Shown in pieces: positions 56,614 through 64,000 of a stretch of DNA of 64,000 nucleotides. Positions within the stretch are counted from its first letter, which is position 1; every line of letters begins with the position of its first letter. Below the pieces are notes generated by a model. That model was given only the letters and a program-made list of their open reading frames with translations. It made no database searches and was not told the DNA's origin. Position numbers and translations under genes: made by a program. Origin of the DNA: Thermodesulfobacteriota bacterium (GTDB lineage: Bacteria; Desulfobacterota_D; UBA1144; Nemesobacterales; Mycalebacteriaceae); NCBI GenBank assembly GCA_965198945.1, contig CBDAQI010000012.1:64001-128000 (forward strand), in the 5' to 3' direction.

Positions 56614-57708
56614 TTGAGCCACGGGATTGAAATACAAATAATCGCCTCTCTGGTTTCCGTCTCCTGCGCAACAGTCGGGATTTTTCTCGTTTTAAGGGGA
56701 AAGGCCATGATAACGGATTCGGTGAGTCACTCCATCCTTCCGGGAATTGCGGCCGGGTTTCTTTTTACCGGCAGTTTAACTTCGCCGTTTCTTGTTGTCG
56801 GGGCTTTTGTCGCGGCTTTTGCAAGCGTTATTTCATCCGAAGCGCTGTCGCGCGGCAGGCTGATGTCAAACGACTCGGCCATTGCATTTGTCTATCCTTT
56901 TCTCTTCAGCATAGGAGTCATACTGGTTTCGGGATATACGGACAATGCGCATCTGGATGTTGATTCCGTCCTGCTCGGAGAGATAGCGTTTGCCCCTCTT
57001 GAAAGAGTGGTTTCAGGCGGAAAAGACCTGGGGCCTTTTTCATTCTACTCTTCGGGCGCCGTTGTTCTTATTAACACCGCTTTTATCGCTCTTTTCTATA
57101 AAGAGTTGAAGCTTTTAACCTTTGACCCCGTTGCAGCCAAAGCCGCCGGGTTGTCAAACTCCGCGCTTTCCGCTTTTTTTTCAGCCGTGGTCTGTATTAC
57201 ATGCATTGTTTCTTTCGGCGCCGTCGGGTCAGTTTTGCTGATAGCCCTGATTGCCGCTCCCCCCTGCTGCGCCCTGCTTTTGACCGACAGGCTTGGGCGG
57301 GCTCTTGTTTTGAGCGCTTTGTTCGCGGTTGCGGCGTCCGTTGCGGGATTTCATTTGGCGGTCGCGTGGAACACAAACATAGCGGGAGCCGTAACAACCG
57401 TTTTGGGAGCGGTGTTTCTGTTTGTTCTCATATTTGCGCCGCGCAAAGGAGTCGTTTCCGGCATGCTTGAGAAACGCAGGCGTTCGGGGGAGATTCAAAC
57501 CGCTCTTTTGCTGGAATACTTGGCCGGCGGAGACGGAAGTGAAAGTATTGAGAAACTTTGTCACGCGATGATGTGGAAGCAAAGTTCGGTTGTTAAAACT
57601 TTGCGGCGGGCGGAGAAAAAAGGTTGTGTGGAAACTGACGGGCGGAGCGTGAGGATTATGGCTTCCGGGAGAAACGCGGCCGGAAGTTTTGCCTTGCGGC
57701 CACGGTGA
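56614..57708 (+). CDS. Metal ABC transporter permease (TroD-like) with C-terminal wHTH-like tail
   Basis: AMITDSVSHSILPG, HLDVDSVLLGEIAF, YKELKL.TFDP; soluble ~85-aa C-terminus. Confidence 0.9.
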   Translation: MSHGIEIQIIASLVSVSCATVGIFLVLRGKAMITDSVSHSILPGIAAGFLFTGSLTSPFLVVGAFVAAFASVISSEALSRGRLMSNDSAIAFVYPFLFSIGVILVSGYTDNAHLDVDSVLLGEIAFAPLERVVSGGKDLGPFSFYSSGAVVLINTAFIALFYKELKLLTFDPVAAKAAGLSNSALSAFFSAVVCITCIVSFGAVGSVLLIALIAAPPCCALLLTDRLGRALVLSALFAVAASVAGFHLAVAWNTNIAGAVTTVLGAVFLFVLIFAPRKGVVSGMLEKRRRSGEIQTALLLEYLAGGDGSESIEKLCHAMMWKQSSVVKTLRRAEKKGCVETDGRSVRIMASGRNAAGSFALRPR

Positions 57709-57768
57709 TACATCCGCTCAACGTTCTTGCGTTCACACGCTTTGCTGTTAGTCTAAACCCCGGAGACA

Positions 57769-58065
57769 ATGACCAGATCAGATATCAGCAGAAACCTGTC
57801 TTACGGATTCGGACTTTCGGGCGAGGATGCGGACAGGGTTCTTGACACCATCATAGAAAGCATGTTTTCGGCCGTTAAATCGGGCTCGCGCGTTGAAATA
57901 AGAGGATTCGGAAGTTTCTATGTCCGTGAATGCGAGTCATACACGGGAAGAAATCCCCGTACCGGAAAGAGCGTTGAAGTAAAAGCGAAAAGACTTCCCT
58001 GCTTCAGACAGGGAAAAGAAATCAGGGATTTTTTCAAAAAGATGTCCGGGTCAAGTCCTTCTTAA
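57769..58065 (+). CDS. HU/IHF-beta family nucleoid protein
   Basis: MTRSD, RVEIRGFGSF, GRNPRTG..V.V..K..P.F..GKE. Confidence 0.92.
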   Translation: MTRSDISRNLSYGFGLSGEDADRVLDTIIESMFSAVKSGSRVEIRGFGSFYVRECESYTGRNPRTGKSVEVKAKRLPCFRQGKEIRDFFKKMSGSSPS

Positions 58066-58080
58066 ATACAAAGGGCGAAA

Positions 58081-58668
58081 ATGTCTCCGCTGAAAATCCT
58101 TGTCTATCCGCATCCGGCTTTGAGAAAAAAAAGCGTCCCCGTGGGCGATGTTGACGAGCATATCGGTCTGCTTCTTGATAATATGCTTGAGACAATGCGC
58201 GACGCGCGGGGAATAGGGCTTTCCGCCCCGCAGGTCGGCGAAAACATAAGGGTCGTCATTGTTTGCGACGCGCGCGCTTTTGAGGCTTCCGAAGACCAAA
58301 GCGAAGAAGAGCGCGAGGAAGACGCGGGCTGCGAAGCCGAACAGATGCCGGTGATAGAGATGATTAACCCGGTCATAAAAAAATCTTCCGGCTCTGAATA
58401 TCAGACTGAGGGATGCCTGAGCATTCCAAACTTTCTTGCGAAGGTGAAAAGAAAAGACAGTGTTGAGGTTGAGTGGACGTGCAGAGAGGGAAAAAAACAC
58501 CGGATGTTTGTCCGGGGACTGACTGCGAGAATAATACAGCATGAAATTGACCATCTTGACGGCATTCTTTTTGTTGACCGGCTTAGTCGGCTGAAAAAAG
58601 AGATGATGTTTAAAAAAATGGACAAGGTTTTTACCGCACCGGAAGGCCGGGAGTCTGAAAGCGTTTGA
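58081..58668 (+). CDS. def: Peptide deformylase
   Basis: GIGLSAPQVG, EGCLSIP, QHEIDHLDG. Confidence 0.95.
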   Translation: MSPLKILVYPHPALRKKSVPVGDVDEHIGLLLDNMLETMRDARGIGLSAPQVGENIRVVIVCDARAFEASEDQSEEEREEDAGCEAEQMPVIEMINPVIKKSSGSEYQTEGCLSIPNFLAKVKRKDSVEVEWTCREGKKHRMFVRGLTARIIQHEIDHLDGILFVDRLSRLKKEMMFKKMDKVFTAPEGRESESV

Positions 58669-59828
58669 AAAATCCTTTTTCCCGCAGAATCAAACTTTCC
58701 GGGCTCACAGACGGGCTTGCCCCTTTCTATGTTATGGAAACCCTTGAAAGGGCGAAGCGGATGGAAAAATCGGGAGCTGATGTGATTCATTTTGAAGTCG
58801 GTGAGCCCGCCCTGCCGACTCCGCCCGAGGTCTGCCGTGCGGCTATTGATGCCATTGAACGCGGGGAAACTTTTTATTCTCCAAGCCTCGGGCTGGACTC
58901 TCTCAGGGAGAAAATAGCGGGGGCATACAATTCAAAATACGGGCTGGATGTTTCGGCGGATAACGTTCTTGTAACTTCGGGCAGTTCACCCGCTCTGCTT
59001 CTTGCAATGATGTCCGTTGTCAATCCAGGCGATGAGGTTGTCATCACATCTCCTTATTACGCCTGTTATCCGGGAGTTATCAAATCTTCGGGAGGCGTGC
59101 CCGTTACGGTTCCCGTTTACGCCGAAGAAAACTATCAGATAGACGCCGCGAGACTGAAGAAAAAATTGAGTCGCAAAACCAGGGCCGTTATTCTCAATTC
59201 TCCCGCCAACCCCACGGGCGCGGTTCTTTCTGACGACACATTGCGGGAGATCTGCTCGCTTGGGGTTTTCGTCATATCAGACGAGATATATCACGGTCTT
59301 GAATACGGCGTGAGGTCAAAGTCCGTTCTTAACCACACCGGATTTGCCGCGGTTGTGAACGGGTTTTCAAAACTGTTTTCAATGACCGGCTGGCGGCTCG
59401 GATATATGATAGCCCACGGGGAATTGATACGCGCCGCGCAGAAGCTTCAGCAAAATCTCTTTCTGTCGGTCAACACATTTGTTCAGCGCGGCGGAGAGGC
59501 GGCGATTTCATATCTGTTTCCGAGGTCAGACGCAATCGCCGCCATGTATTCGGAGCGCAGAGACACGATGATAAAGGCCCTTGAGAACATGGGATTTTCT
59601 CCGTGCGGAACCCCGCAAGGGGCTTTCTATCTTTTTGTAAAATGGCACGGAAACGGGGTTGACTCCCGCCGCCTCGCGTTTGATATTCTTGAAAAAACTC
59701 GCGTTGCGGTAACTCCGGGAATTGATTTCGGGAGTGAAGGCCACTTGCGCTTTTCATATGCGGCGGGGGTTGATAAAATTGAGGAGGGCGTGGAAAGAAT
59801 AGGGCGCTACTTGCGAAATTTTTCTTAA
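58665..59828 (+). CDS. Class I/II PLP-dependent (aspartate) aminotransferase
   Basis: VGEP, NSPANPTG, SDEIY, NGFSK..SMTGWRLG, TPG.DFG. Confidence 0.92.
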   Translation: MKNPFSRRIKLSGLTDGLAPFYVMETLERAKRMEKSGADVIHFEVGEPALPTPPEVCRAAIDAIERGETFYSPSLGLDSLREKIAGAYNSKYGLDVSADNVLVTSGSSPALLLAMMSVVNPGDEVVITSPYYACYPGVIKSSGGVPVTVPVYAEENYQIDAARLKKKLSRKTRAVILNSPANPTGAVLSDDTLREICSLGVFVISDEIYHGLEYGVRSKSVLNHTGFAAVVNGFSKLFSMTGWRLGYMIAHGELIRAAQKLQQNLFLSVNTFVQRGGEAAISYLFPRSDAIAAMYSERRDTMIKALENMGFSPCGTPQGAFYLFVKWHGNGVDSRRLAFDILEKTRVAVTPGIDFGSEGHLRFSYAAGVDKIEEGVERIGRYLRNFS

Positions 59829-59865
59829 AAGGCGGCCGTTCCCGCCCGAAGCCTCCCGCATAGCA

Positions 59866-60609
59866 ATGAGAAAAAAACTGATTGCCGCAAACTGGAAGAT
59901 GAACAAAACCCGGCGCGAAGCGGCGGATTTTGCCCGTTCCCTTACGGAAAGAATTGGCGATTTCAGTCACAAAATTGCTCTGTTCCCGCCTTTCACCGCT
60001 ATTGAGACCGTGGCAAAAGAGGCGGAAAACTCAAAATTGATTGTGGGGGCGCAGGATGTTTTTTATGAACGGAAAGGCCCTTACACGGGGGAGGTTTCCT
60101 GTGAAATGCTTTCCAACCTCGGATGTGAGATGGTTATTGCGGGGCATTCTGAAAGACGGCATTTTTTCGGTGAGAGCGACGAGGTTGTGGCGGCCAAAAC
60201 GAGGGCGGTTCTGAACAACGGCATGAGCGTTGTTCTGTGTGTGGGCGAGACTGAAAAACAAAGGTCGGACGGGGTTCAGAACGATGTCGTCCGGTCGCAG
60301 CTTGCGGCTTCACTTGCGGCGGTTGATTCTCAAAAAATAACGGTTGCATATGAGCCCGTCTGGGCAATTGGAACGGGAAGAAACGCCGGTCCCGAACAGA
60401 TTGGAGACATGCACGCATTTATAAGAAAAGAGCTTTCAGTTCTTCTGGGGGAAACATCCGAACAGATACGCATCATATACGGCGGCAGCATAAACCCCTC
60501 AAATGCGGCGGAGATTTCCCGGACTGAAAATGTGGACGGCATGCTTGTCGGAACGGCAAGTCTTGAATTGGAATCGTTTGTTGGTATCATAGAAGGTTCG
60601 GTGGACTGA
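59866..60609 (+). CDS. tpiA: Triosephosphate isomerase
   Basis: ANWKMN, GHSERR, AYEPVWAIGTG, YGGS. Confidence 0.97.
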   Translation: MRKKLIAANWKMNKTRREAADFARSLTERIGDFSHKIALFPPFTAIETVAKEAENSKLIVGAQDVFYERKGPYTGEVSCEMLSNLGCEMVIAGHSERRHFFGESDEVVAAKTRAVLNNGMSVVLCVGETEKQRSDGVQNDVVRSQLAASLAAVDSQKITVAYEPVWAIGTGRNAGPEQIGDMHAFIRKELSVLLGETSEQIRIIYGGSINPSNAAEISRTENVDGMLVGTASLELESFVGIIEGSVD

Positions 60610-60612
60610 AAA

Positions 60613-60924
60613 ATGGAAATTTTACTCCCTTTTCTTAAAGTGATTCACATCTGCGTCGCTCTGATAATGATAGCCGTCATTTTGATTCAGCCGGGCGGCA
60701 GCGATGAGCTGGGAACGGTATTTGGCGGCGGCGGGTCTTCGGATTCGGTCTTCGGAGCGAGCGGGGCGACGACTTTTCTGTCAAAAGCGACAAGGTTTAT
60801 GGCGATAATTTTTGTTTCAACCTCGCTTCTGCTGGGGTATATTTCATTCAAGCAGTCGTCTTCATCCGTGTTTGACAGCCGCGTCATTGAGGCTCCCGCT
60901 GAAACGGTGGCTCCGGAAAAATAA
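60613..60924 (+). CDS. secG: Preprotein translocase subunit SecG
   Basis: Two TMs separated by Gly-rich FGGG.S.SVFG..G...FL.K.T; follows tpiA. Confidence 0.92.
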   Translation: MEILLPFLKVIHICVALIMIAVILIQPGGSDELGTVFGGGGSSDSVFGASGATTFLSKATRFMAIIFVSTSLLLGYISFKQSSSSVFDSRVIEAPAETVAPEK

Positions 60925-60964
60925 AGCGGAAGTCGCGGTAAAAAATCAAAAAGGAGGTGTGTAT

Positions 60965-61231
60965 ATGCCATATGTAATAGCCGAGCCGTGCATTGATGTT
61001 AAAGACAAGTCGTGTGTTGAAGCGTGCCCCGTAGATTGCATATATGAAGGGGAGATGCAGCTTTATATTGAGCCGAACGAGTGCATTGACTGCGGAGCGT
61101 GTGTTGACCCATGCCCGGTTGACGCTATTTTCCATGAAGACGAAGTCCCTGAAAAATGGCAGAGGTTTATCAAAGAAAACAGCGATTTCTTTGAGGGTAA
61201 AGAAAATCTCACCCCCGCCACAAAAGACTGA
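60965..61231 (+). CDS. 7Fe/8Fe dicluster ferredoxin (FdxA type, 88 aa)
   Basis: AGGAGG RBS, then [27 protein letters not shown]...[17 protein letters not shown]. Confidence 0.94.
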   Translation: MPYVIAEPCIDVKDKSCVEACPVDCIYEGEMQLYIEPNECIDCGACVDPCPVDAIFHEDEVPEKWQRFIKENSDFFEGKENLTPATKD

Positions 61232-61871
61232 AATTTCCGAATCGCTGAAGGAAAAAGCCCTCGGCATATTATCTTTTCTTGAAGACCGGTATCCGCGCGC
61301 ACGGTGTCATTTGAATTACGGTTCCGCTTTTGAGCTGCTTATCGGATCAATTCTTTCAGCTCAGTGCACGGATAAAAGGGTGAACACAATCACTCCGGGG
61401 CTTTTCAGGAAATATCCCTTCCCCGAGAGCTTTGCCCGGGCCCGGCAGTCAAGTCTTGAAAAGGATATTTTCAGCGCGGGCTTCTATAAAAACAAAGCGA
61501 GATCCATAATCAAATGTTCGGATGTTATCGTGCGTGAATACGGCGGTCAGGTTCCCCGAACCATGGGCGAGCTTTCCTCTCTTCCGGGAATCGGCAGAAA
61601 AACCGCCAATGTTGTTCTTGGAAACTGGTTCGGAAAACCCGGAGTAATAGTTGACACTCATATAACGAGGCTTTCAAGGAGACTTGGAATGACCTCAGGA
61701 AAAACCGCCGAAGGCATAGAAAAAGACCTGATGGGCCTTGTGCCCTGCGAGAAATGGACATTTTTTTCCAATGCGCTCGGCGATCACGGCAGAGAGGTTT
61801 GCAAAGCTAAAAAGCCTCTTTGTCAGCAGTGCGGAGTTTACGACCTTTGTGTGTGGGAAGGGAAAGAATGA
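61191..61871 (+). CDS. nth: Endonuclease III
   Basis: [29 protein letters not shown]-x6-C-x2-C-x5-C Fe-S motif; start approximate (TTG 61191). Confidence 0.94.
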   Translation: MRVKKISPPPQKTEISESLKEKALGILSFLEDRYPRARCHLNYGSAFELLIGSILSAQCTDKRVNTITPGLFRKYPFPESFARARQSSLEKDIFSAGFYKNKARSIIKCSDVIVREYGGQVPRTMGELSSLPGIGRKTANVVLGNWFGKPGVIVDTHITRLSRRLGMTSGKTAEGIEKDLMGLVPCEKWTFFSNALGDHGREVCKAKKPLCQQCGVYDLCVWEGKE

Positions 61872-62779
61872 GCGGCGGTGAGAAAAATCAAAAAGGCCCG
61901 GCACAGGAGCTTATATCAATTCCCACAAAAGGCGGCAATGTAAACGCGCTTTTCTACAAATGCGGAGAAACTGAAGACAAAACAAAACCGATTGTAATCC
62001 ATGTTCACGGGTTTCTCGGAAATTTTCTTGAGGGAAGTCAGAGATTTCTGCCTCCGGTTCTCGCAAGAGCCGGATATTCCTCTCTGGCAATTAACACCCG
62101 TCTTTCCAACTTCAGTCTGTTTTTCGGCTACGGAATGGTGGACAGCACAATTCCACAGATAGACGGTGTTATAAATTTTTTGCGCGAACTCGGTTATGAA
62201 AAAATCATAATATCCGGTTACAGCCTCGGCGGCTGCATAGCCGTCAGATATGTGTCGGTGAAACATGAGACCGGGGGCGCGGATTCTGTTTCAGGAATGA
62301 TAGCCATAGCCACCCCGTATTCAATGCCGGACTCCGTAAGAAGAAGATGGGACAAATGGCAGAGCATTCCCTCTTATAACCAGATTTACGAGGAAGCCCG
62401 GGAAATTCTCGGAGATGACCCGATGAATTCATCCGAAGACCGCACTATCATAATACGTAAGGCTCGCGGAGACAGTTTCAGCCCTGAGCATTGCGAAATA
62501 TACACTTACAAAACATGGTGGTTTCTCGCCGGTCCCGAAGCGGTGAGCACAAAAACCTACAAACAGATAGAAAACGTGAAGGTTCCGACGCTTCTGATAC
62601 AGGGATGGGACGACAAGGTTGTATTCCCGAATGAAACGCATGACCTGTCTCAAAGGGCAATAGAGGCCGGAAACAACGATGTTTCGGCTTTTTTTCTCAA
62701 CGCCGGGCACACGCTTGAAGGCAAGGAAGAAGAGCTCGGGGAAATTATCACAAACTGGATGCAGAGAAGAATAAAATAA
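61868..62779 (+). CDS. Alpha/beta hydrolase (paralog 1)
   Basis: HVHGFLGNF, nucleophile elbow GYSLGG, PTLLIQG.DD, AGH; ATG overlaps the nth stop. Confidence 0.85.
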   Translation: MSGGEKNQKGPAQELISIPTKGGNVNALFYKCGETEDKTKPIVIHVHGFLGNFLEGSQRFLPPVLARAGYSSLAINTRLSNFSLFFGYGMVDSTIPQIDGVINFLRELGYEKIIISGYSLGGCIAVRYVSVKHETGGADSVSGMIAIATPYSMPDSVRRRWDKWQSIPSYNQIYEEAREILGDDPMNSSEDRTIIIRKARGDSFSPEHCEIYTYKTWWFLAGPEAVSTKTYKQIENVKVPTLLIQGWDDKVVFPNETHDLSQRAIEAGNNDVSAFFLNAGHTLEGKEEELGEIITNWMQRRIK

Positions 62780-62782
62780 CCG

Positions 62783-63679
62783 ATGTCTTTTCAACGGCGG
62801 CAGATTCTTCACTACAGCGCACGAGACGGTTTTGCCATTGATTCTCTTCTCACAACCCCCGGAGCCGCAAGCGAGTATGAGTTGCGGCGTATTCCGGTCA
62901 TAATCAACATACACGGCGTGCTCGGCAACTTCCTTGCGCGCGGCACCCCGAAAATTTTCCCTTCTGTCATGCTTGAAAAGGGGCATTCAACATTTTCAAT
63001 TAACACGAGAATGGCCTTTCTGGGTCAGATCACCGGAACGGGCATATTTCACAAGGCGGCGGATGATATTGAGTGTTCGGTTGAGATTTTGAAAGAGGAG
63101 GGTTTTGAGAACATCTACATACTCGGCTACAGCATGGGAGCAAACATAGCTGTTGACTATATGACAAAACGCCCGGACTCTCCAGTGAAGGGGCTGATAC
63201 TTGAAGGGTGTTCGCCTTCTCTGCCGGACTCTCACAGGGCGCGGCTTGACAGATGGCAGAGCATTCCGAGCTACGAAGAAATCCACAGAAAGGCCAAATC
63301 GGTTTTGAAGCCCGACCCCGAAACTTCCAGAAACGACCAGGTTTTTGTGGTTTACAAAGCCTGGGGAAAATCTTTCAATCCTTCGGATGTTGAAATTTTC
63401 ACTTATAAAACATGGTGGTTTATGAGAAGCCCCGATGCGGAACGTGCGAAAACCCGTGACATCATACATGACATCTCCGTGCCGGTGCTCTTCATCAACG
63501 GAGCCAATGATGACATAGTTTTCAGGGGTGAGCCTGAAAAATTGAAGGAGATTTTGAATAACGCTGGCAACCGCAAAGTGGAAATTGAATACATACCGGA
63601 CGCGGGTCATGACTGTCTTGATAACCCGGAATATTCGGCGGACATTATAGACCGGTGGATAAGGAAAATTGAGGGATAG
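62783..63679 (+). CDS. Alpha/beta hydrolase (paralog 2)
   Basis: NIHGVLGNF, GYSMGA, PVLFING.NDD, AGH. Confidence 0.85.
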   Translation: MSFQRRQILHYSARDGFAIDSLLTTPGAASEYELRRIPVIINIHGVLGNFLARGTPKIFPSVMLEKGHSTFSINTRMAFLGQITGTGIFHKAADDIECSVEILKEEGFENIYILGYSMGANIAVDYMTKRPDSPVKGLILEGCSPSLPDSHRARLDRWQSIPSYEEIHRKAKSVLKPDPETSRNDQVFVVYKAWGKSFNPSDVEIFTYKTWWFMRSPDAERAKTRDIIHDISVPVLFINGANDDIVFRGEPEKLKEILNNAGNRKVEIEYIPDAGHDCLDNPEYSADIIDRWIRKIEG

Positions 63680-63841
63680 GCTTTGACAAGGATGAAGAAC
63701 GGCTTTCCGTTTTGTTTTTAATTGTTAAAATATGTTGAAAAACTGTCTTTCATAATATATTTTCTTCGCCTCAATGGCGGATTTGCCATGAGACAGTTTT
63801 TATTTGGCTGAATATAAACGGACACCCCGATTTCGTCCGCT

Positions 63842-64000
63842 ATGGTTACAAAGACTAAAACAAGCGTTTCAGCGAAAGTTCTTTCCGCTCACGGCATCAA
63901 GACTTCGGGACGGGTGATGGTCAACCTTTCCGTGCCCGAGCTCTATGAAGAGTCCATATCCAGAAATGAAGCGGAAATAGCATGCGGCGGCGGTCTTGTG
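63842..64000 (+). CDS. pckA: Phosphoenolpyruvate carboxykinase (ATP), 5' fragment
   Basis: MVTKTKTSVSAKVLSAHGIKTSGRVMVNLSVPELYEESISRNEAEIACGGGLV matches the PckA N-terminal pattern L..HGI...NLS...LYEE...R.E......G.LV. Confidence 0.75.
   Translation, partial: MVTKTKTSVSAKVLSAHGIKTSGRVMVNLSVPELYEESISRNEAEIACGGGLV

Noticed and set aside
56605..56616. troC and troD are in frame, separated by TAG-AAT (possible readthrough fusion)
   Set aside because: Both are complete permeases of normal size; no recoding signal or pyl genes seen.
63770..63793. Hairpin CTCAATGGC-GGATTT-GCCATGAG upstream of pckA
   Set aside because: Short imperfect stem that I cannot match to any riboswitch or terminator.

Overview
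Gene-dense bacterial chromosome segment of roughly balanced GC. Gene order and protein style suggest a Desulfobacterota-like lineage, possibly Dadabacteria; this is inference only. Most of it is housekeeping: tkt (partial), a pteridine reductase with folB, pepF, ccmD-E-F plus a cytochrome c, cobA/hemD, uvrB, rimP-nusA-infB-rbfA-nrnA-truB-rpsO-pnp-miaA, ccmH, mtnP/pfkB/rsmG, three tRNAs, addAB, a DtxR/MntR-controlled troABCD-type metal ABC operon, HU/IHF, def, an aminotransferase, tpiA, secG, a ferredoxin, nth and pckA (partial). Accessory parts are: (1) an uncharacterised two-gene module, a 4-TM coiled-coil membrane protein plus an exported vWA-like protein (1216-3630), which is my best candidate for an undescribed system; (2) an asnB/wzx/glycosyltransferase glycan cassette; (3) a complete type II-C CRISPR-Cas9 locus (tracrRNA-cas9-cas1-cas2-array) with a ~1045-aa Cas9 once repaired, a tracrRNA with a 13-nt bulge, promoter-like repeats, an A-B-A-B spacer pattern, spacers resembling replication-origin DNA, and a dRS3/REP-like repeat at its edge; (4) tandem paralogous alpha/beta hydrolases. 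uvrB, cas9 and a PilF-like TPR gene are broken by single-base indels, mostly in homopolymers. These are most likely consensus sequencing errors rather than real pseudogenes.
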